This document shows positions 16,110-18,777 of a stretch of DNA of 18,777 nucleotides, piece by piece (the stretch's first letter is position 1; the number at the start of each line of letters is the position of its first letter). Under the pieces are notes generated by a model. It had not been told where the DNA came from. It was given only the letters and a program-made list of their open reading frames with translations, and made no database searches. The translations under genes and the position numbers were made by a program. Origin of the DNA: Chthonomonadales bacterium. GTDB taxonomy: Bacteria; Armatimonadota; Chthonomonadetes; Chthonomonadales; Chthonomonadaceae. The stretch covers positions 1 to 18,777 of the forward strand of contig JBBQPO010000105.1 of NCBI GenBank assembly GCA_038217285.1. Direction: 5' to 3'.

Positions 16110-17147
16110 ATGTCGTTGATGCTGGAAGAGATTTATGAGCAGCCGCAGGCTATCGCAAGGGCCGTCGAGCAGGAGTATGCGAACGTGGCCCGGCTGGTGA
16201 ATGAGCTGCGCGAGCGGGAGATACGCCATGTCGTGATCGCGGCGCGTGGCACCTCCGACAACGCTGCCACCTACGCCAAATACCTGATCGAGATCGTGGC
16301 GGGCTTTCCGGTCGCGCTCGCCGCGCCCTCGGTCTATACCCTCTACGACGCTGCCGTGAATCTGTCGGGCAGTCTGGTCCTGGGCATCTCCCAGTCCGGG
16401 CAGGCCACCGATGTCGTCAAAACGCTCTCCGTGGCCCGCGCTGCTGGCGCTTTGACGGTGGGCATCACCAACGTGGCGGATTCTCCTCTGAGCCGGGTGA
16501 GCGACTATACGCTGCTCTGCCATGCCGGAGAGGAAAAGTCTGTGGCCGCCACCAAGACCTATACCACCTCTCTCGCCCTGATCGCGCTGTTCGTCGGGCA
16601 GTGGGCCGGTCGCGCCGAGCTGCTCAACGGCCTGCGGGCCATTCCCGACCAGATCCAGGCGACCCTGGCCATGGACGATGTGGTGGCCGCCGCCGTGGAG
16701 CGTTATCGGTATATTCAGGAGTGTGCGGTGCTGGCGCGCGGCCTCAACCAGGCTACGGCGCTGGAAGCCGCCCTGAAGATGACCGAGACGAGTTATCTGG
16801 TCGCCAAACCCTACTCCGGCGCGGACTTCCTGCACGGCCCGATCGCGATGGTTTCCGAGGGTTTCCCCTGCTTTCTGTTCGCTCCGGAAGGCCGCGCCTA
16901 TCCTTCGATGGTGGAGCTGGCCTTGAAACTGCGGGAACGCGCCGCCGAGCTGATTGTGGTGGCGCACTCCCCGGAGATCCTGGAGCTGGCGACGAAACCG
17001 CTGGCGCTGCCACTGCCTATCCATGAACTGCTGAGCCCCTTGCTCTACATCATACCGGGGCAGTTGTGGGCTTACCATCTCGCGCGTACGCGGGGACACA
17101 ATCCGGACAAGCCGCGCGGCCTGTCGAAAGTGACACTCACACGCTAG
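16110..17147 (+). CDS. Double-SIS sugar-phosphate isomerase/deaminase, GlmS C-terminal-like without a glutaminase domain (probable glucosamine-6-phosphate deaminase type)
   Basis: MLEEIYEQP, ARGTSDNA, ISQSG, EEKSVAATKTY, EAALKMTE, FLHGP, NPDKPRGLSKVT. Confidence 0.88.
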   Translation: MSLMLEEIYEQPQAIARAVEQEYANVARLVNELREREIRHVVIAARGTSDNAATYAKYLIEIVAGFPVALAAPSVYTLYDAAVNLSGSLVLGISQSGQATDVVKTLSVARAAGALTVGITNVADSPLSRVSDYTLLCHAGEEKSVAATKTYTTSLALIALFVGQWAGRAELLNGLRAIPDQIQATLAMDDVVAAAVERYRYIQECAVLARGLNQATALEAALKMTETSYLVAKPYSGADFLHGPIAMVSEGFPCFLFAPEGRAYPSMVELALKLRERAAELIVVAHSPEILELATKPLALPLPIHELLSPLLYIIPGQLWAYHLARTRGHNPDKPRGLSKVTLTR

Positions 17148-17164
17148 AGAGGGGGCGAGCAGGT

Positions 17165-18289
17165 ATGCGGCGACGGATGGAAGGAGTGGTGGAGGGTATC
17201 ACGGCAGAGAGACCGGGAGCGCAGGAGCTTCTGGTGCGCGTGGACACGCCCGCGTCCGCCGAGGGATTGGGTCTGCGCCCGGCTCTGAATCTGACGATGC
17301 TGACCGGACGGATCGCCGTCGGGGAACGCGTTCTGCTCAACACAGTGGCTGTCGAGATGGGGCTGGGGACGGGCGGTCAGGATTTCGTAGTGACCGGCCT
17401 GGAACGGAGCAGCGAAGGGGAGCCGGCACCGGGTCACATTCTCAAAATGCGCTACACCCCTCTCCAGATCCCTGTTCTGGCCGTGGAAGCCCCGGAGAGT
17501 CCGCACCACGACGCAATCCGTCTTTTCGCGGGGCTGGACGATCTGCCGGTGGTGTGCGCGGAACTGCACAGCCAGTTGCCTGCCATCTGCGCGGCCGCCC
17601 ACTGGGCCATCGAGCGACACGGGGGGCTGCGCGCGCCCCGCATCGCCTACATTATGACCGACGGCGCGGCGCTTCCGATGGCTCTCAGCCGCCTGGTGTC
17701 GGAGCTCAAAGCGCATGGCCTGCTCACCGCGACGATCACGGCAGGGCAGGCGTTCGGCGGCGATTATGAGGCTGTCAACCTCTATTCGGCCCTGGCGGCG
17801 GCAAAAGCGGTCGTAGAAGCCGATATCATCCTCGTGGGACAGGGGCCGGGAACGGTCGGCACCGGAACGGCGCTGGGCTTCTCTGGAGTGGAGCAGGGAC
17901 TGGCGATCAACGCGGCCGCCTCGCTCGGCGGCATGCCCATCGCGGTCGCCCGCATCAGTTTCGCGGATAGGCGGCGGCGTCACGCTGGCCTGAGTCATCA
18001 CACACTGACGGTATTGACGCGCATCGCCCGCGCTCCGGTTCTCCTGCCGCTGCCGCGTCTCTCCCCCGAGCAGAACGAGACGCTGGCCCTCATGCTGGAA
18101 GAGTCGGGGCTGGCCGACAGCCACGATCCGATCCTGATCGATGCCGAGCAGGCGCTGCGCGCGTTAGAGGCACGGGGACTGCATGTCACCACGATGGGAC
18201 GCTCCCTCACCGACGAACGTCCCTTTTTCCTTGCTGCCGCCGCCGCTGGCCTCCTCGCCTCCCAGCTTATCGAATCCCGCCTGGGCTGA
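17165..18289 (+). CDS. DUF3866 family protein (374 aa)
   Basis: VLLNTVAV..GLGTGG.DFV, GHILKMRYTPLQ, ELHSQL, YIMTDGAALP, GQAFGGDYEAVN, GQGPG.VGTG, GLSHHT, TMGR. Confidence 0.85.
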   Translation: MRRRMEGVVEGITAERPGAQELLVRVDTPASAEGLGLRPALNLTMLTGRIAVGERVLLNTVAVEMGLGTGGQDFVVTGLERSSEGEPAPGHILKMRYTPLQIPVLAVEAPESPHHDAIRLFAGLDDLPVVCAELHSQLPAICAAAHWAIERHGGLRAPRIAYIMTDGAALPMALSRLVSELKAHGLLTATITAGQAFGGDYEAVNLYSALAAAKAVVEADIILVGQGPGTVGTGTALGFSGVEQGLAINAAASLGGMPIAVARISFADRRRRHAGLSHHTLTVLTRIARAPVLLPLPRLSPEQNETLALMLEESGLADSHDPILIDAEQALRALEARGLHVTTMGRSLTDERPFFLAAAAAGLLASQLIESRLG

Positions 18290-18638
18290 TTTTCGGCCCT
18301 ACGTTCTCCTCTCGGCTTCCCTCACGTCCAGCGCATTGGCGCTTGCTGTCGCCCTGACGCCGCGCATCGAAGCATGAAACTCGCCTGCGACAACAGCGCC
18401 CATCCCGCGAGCAACGGGAGGCTTTCGAATTGAAGGAACCTGGCAATCATCCACTACGTCTCTTTTTCGTAAGCTGGTTGCGGGACCGCTATTTTTTCCC
18501 CATCCGCGAACTTTTTTGCGCGGTGGTGCGTTCTTTACGAAAGATCCCCGCGATAAATACGCGCACACTCCTTATAGGCCTTGTGTGCGAAATCTATTAT
18601 CTTCACATGACTCTCGACGGTCATTATCAAAACCAGGA

Positions 18639-18777
18639 GTTACTGTCTAGCCTGGAGCGACAGGCTCGGGCGATCCCCGAAAGACGCCTTCCAGAGCGGT
18701 CAGGATATTCTTGCCCTGTTTGCGTAATGTCGAGAGATAACTGCGCAGACGACAGAAACCCTCGGCACCCGGCAAGG
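18639..18777 (-). mobile_element. IS66-family element, downstream end
   Basis: The transposase C-terminus stops just inside a terminal sequence GTTACTGTCTAG (plus strand, from 18639), similar to the GTAA-type ends of IS66. The flanking 8 bp AACCAGGA is the candidate target duplication. Confidence 0.8.
18647..18775 (-). CDS. IS66-family transposase, C-terminal fragment
   Basis: Manual translation LPGAEGFCRLRSYLSTLRKQGKNILTALEGVFRGSPEPVAPG* matches the GA..FCRxRSYxSTxRKQG tail of IS66 (ISBst12-type) transposases. Confidence 0.85.
   Translation of the reverse strand: MPGAEGFCRLRSYLSTLRKQGKNILTALEGVFRGSPEPVAPG

Noticed and set aside
4286-18124. Long antisense ORFs (e.g. 4286-5290, 8603-9907, 11365-12627, 12795-13754, 14780-15769, 15945-17099, 17144-18124)
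   Set aside because: These are shadow ORFs opposite well-supported genes in high-GC DNA, with no recognisable motifs.
18282-18300. GGGCTGATT resembling the tmRNA 5' end
   Set aside because: It overlaps the DUF3866 stop codon and lacks the following GATTCGAC and a tRNA-like 3' end.
18299-18568. 89-aa minus-strand ORF
   Set aside because: No clear RBS, atypical composition and no motif.
18607-18777. Apparent multi-hairpin structured RNA with a CTCTCGAC/GTCGAGAG kissing loop
   Set aside because: Most of it is the antisense of an IS66 transposase C-terminus, and the two partners lie on opposite sides of the IS boundary, so the pairing is probably chance.
1-18777. Composite transposon bounded by the two IS ends
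   Set aside because: The ends do not share a matching inverted repeat and seem to be different families. The cargo includes ordinary chromosomal genes.

Overview
GC-rich bacterial DNA, probably Armatimonadota: two prepilin-type proteins begin [32 protein letters not shown] (taxonomy is inferred). The window starts and ends about 140 bp inside IS elements. On the left, a probable IS truncates a secreted metallophosphoesterase; on the right is the 3' end of an IS66-family transposase. The left part looks like a phosphate/oxyanion-scavenging module: the phosphoesterase and a DUF1559-like prepilin gene diverge from five 11-bp-periodic Pho-box-like repeats, and an XRE-HTH/PBP regulator diverges from a second prepilin gene. 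Next come a ManD/RspA dehydratase and an orphan SIR2-TPR protein (candidate anti-phage NADase, possibly CTG start). An AfsR-like wHTH-BTAD-NB-ARC-TPR regulator diverges from an unknown secreted protein, with direct repeats between them. The right part is a plus-strand run: geranylgeranyl-reductase-family flavoprotein, Tat-exported Fe/Mn SOD, mtlD, Eis-like GNAT, GlmS-like SIS protein and a DUF3866 protein. No rRNA, tRNA or CRISPR array was seen. All family calls come from motif recognition, not database searches.
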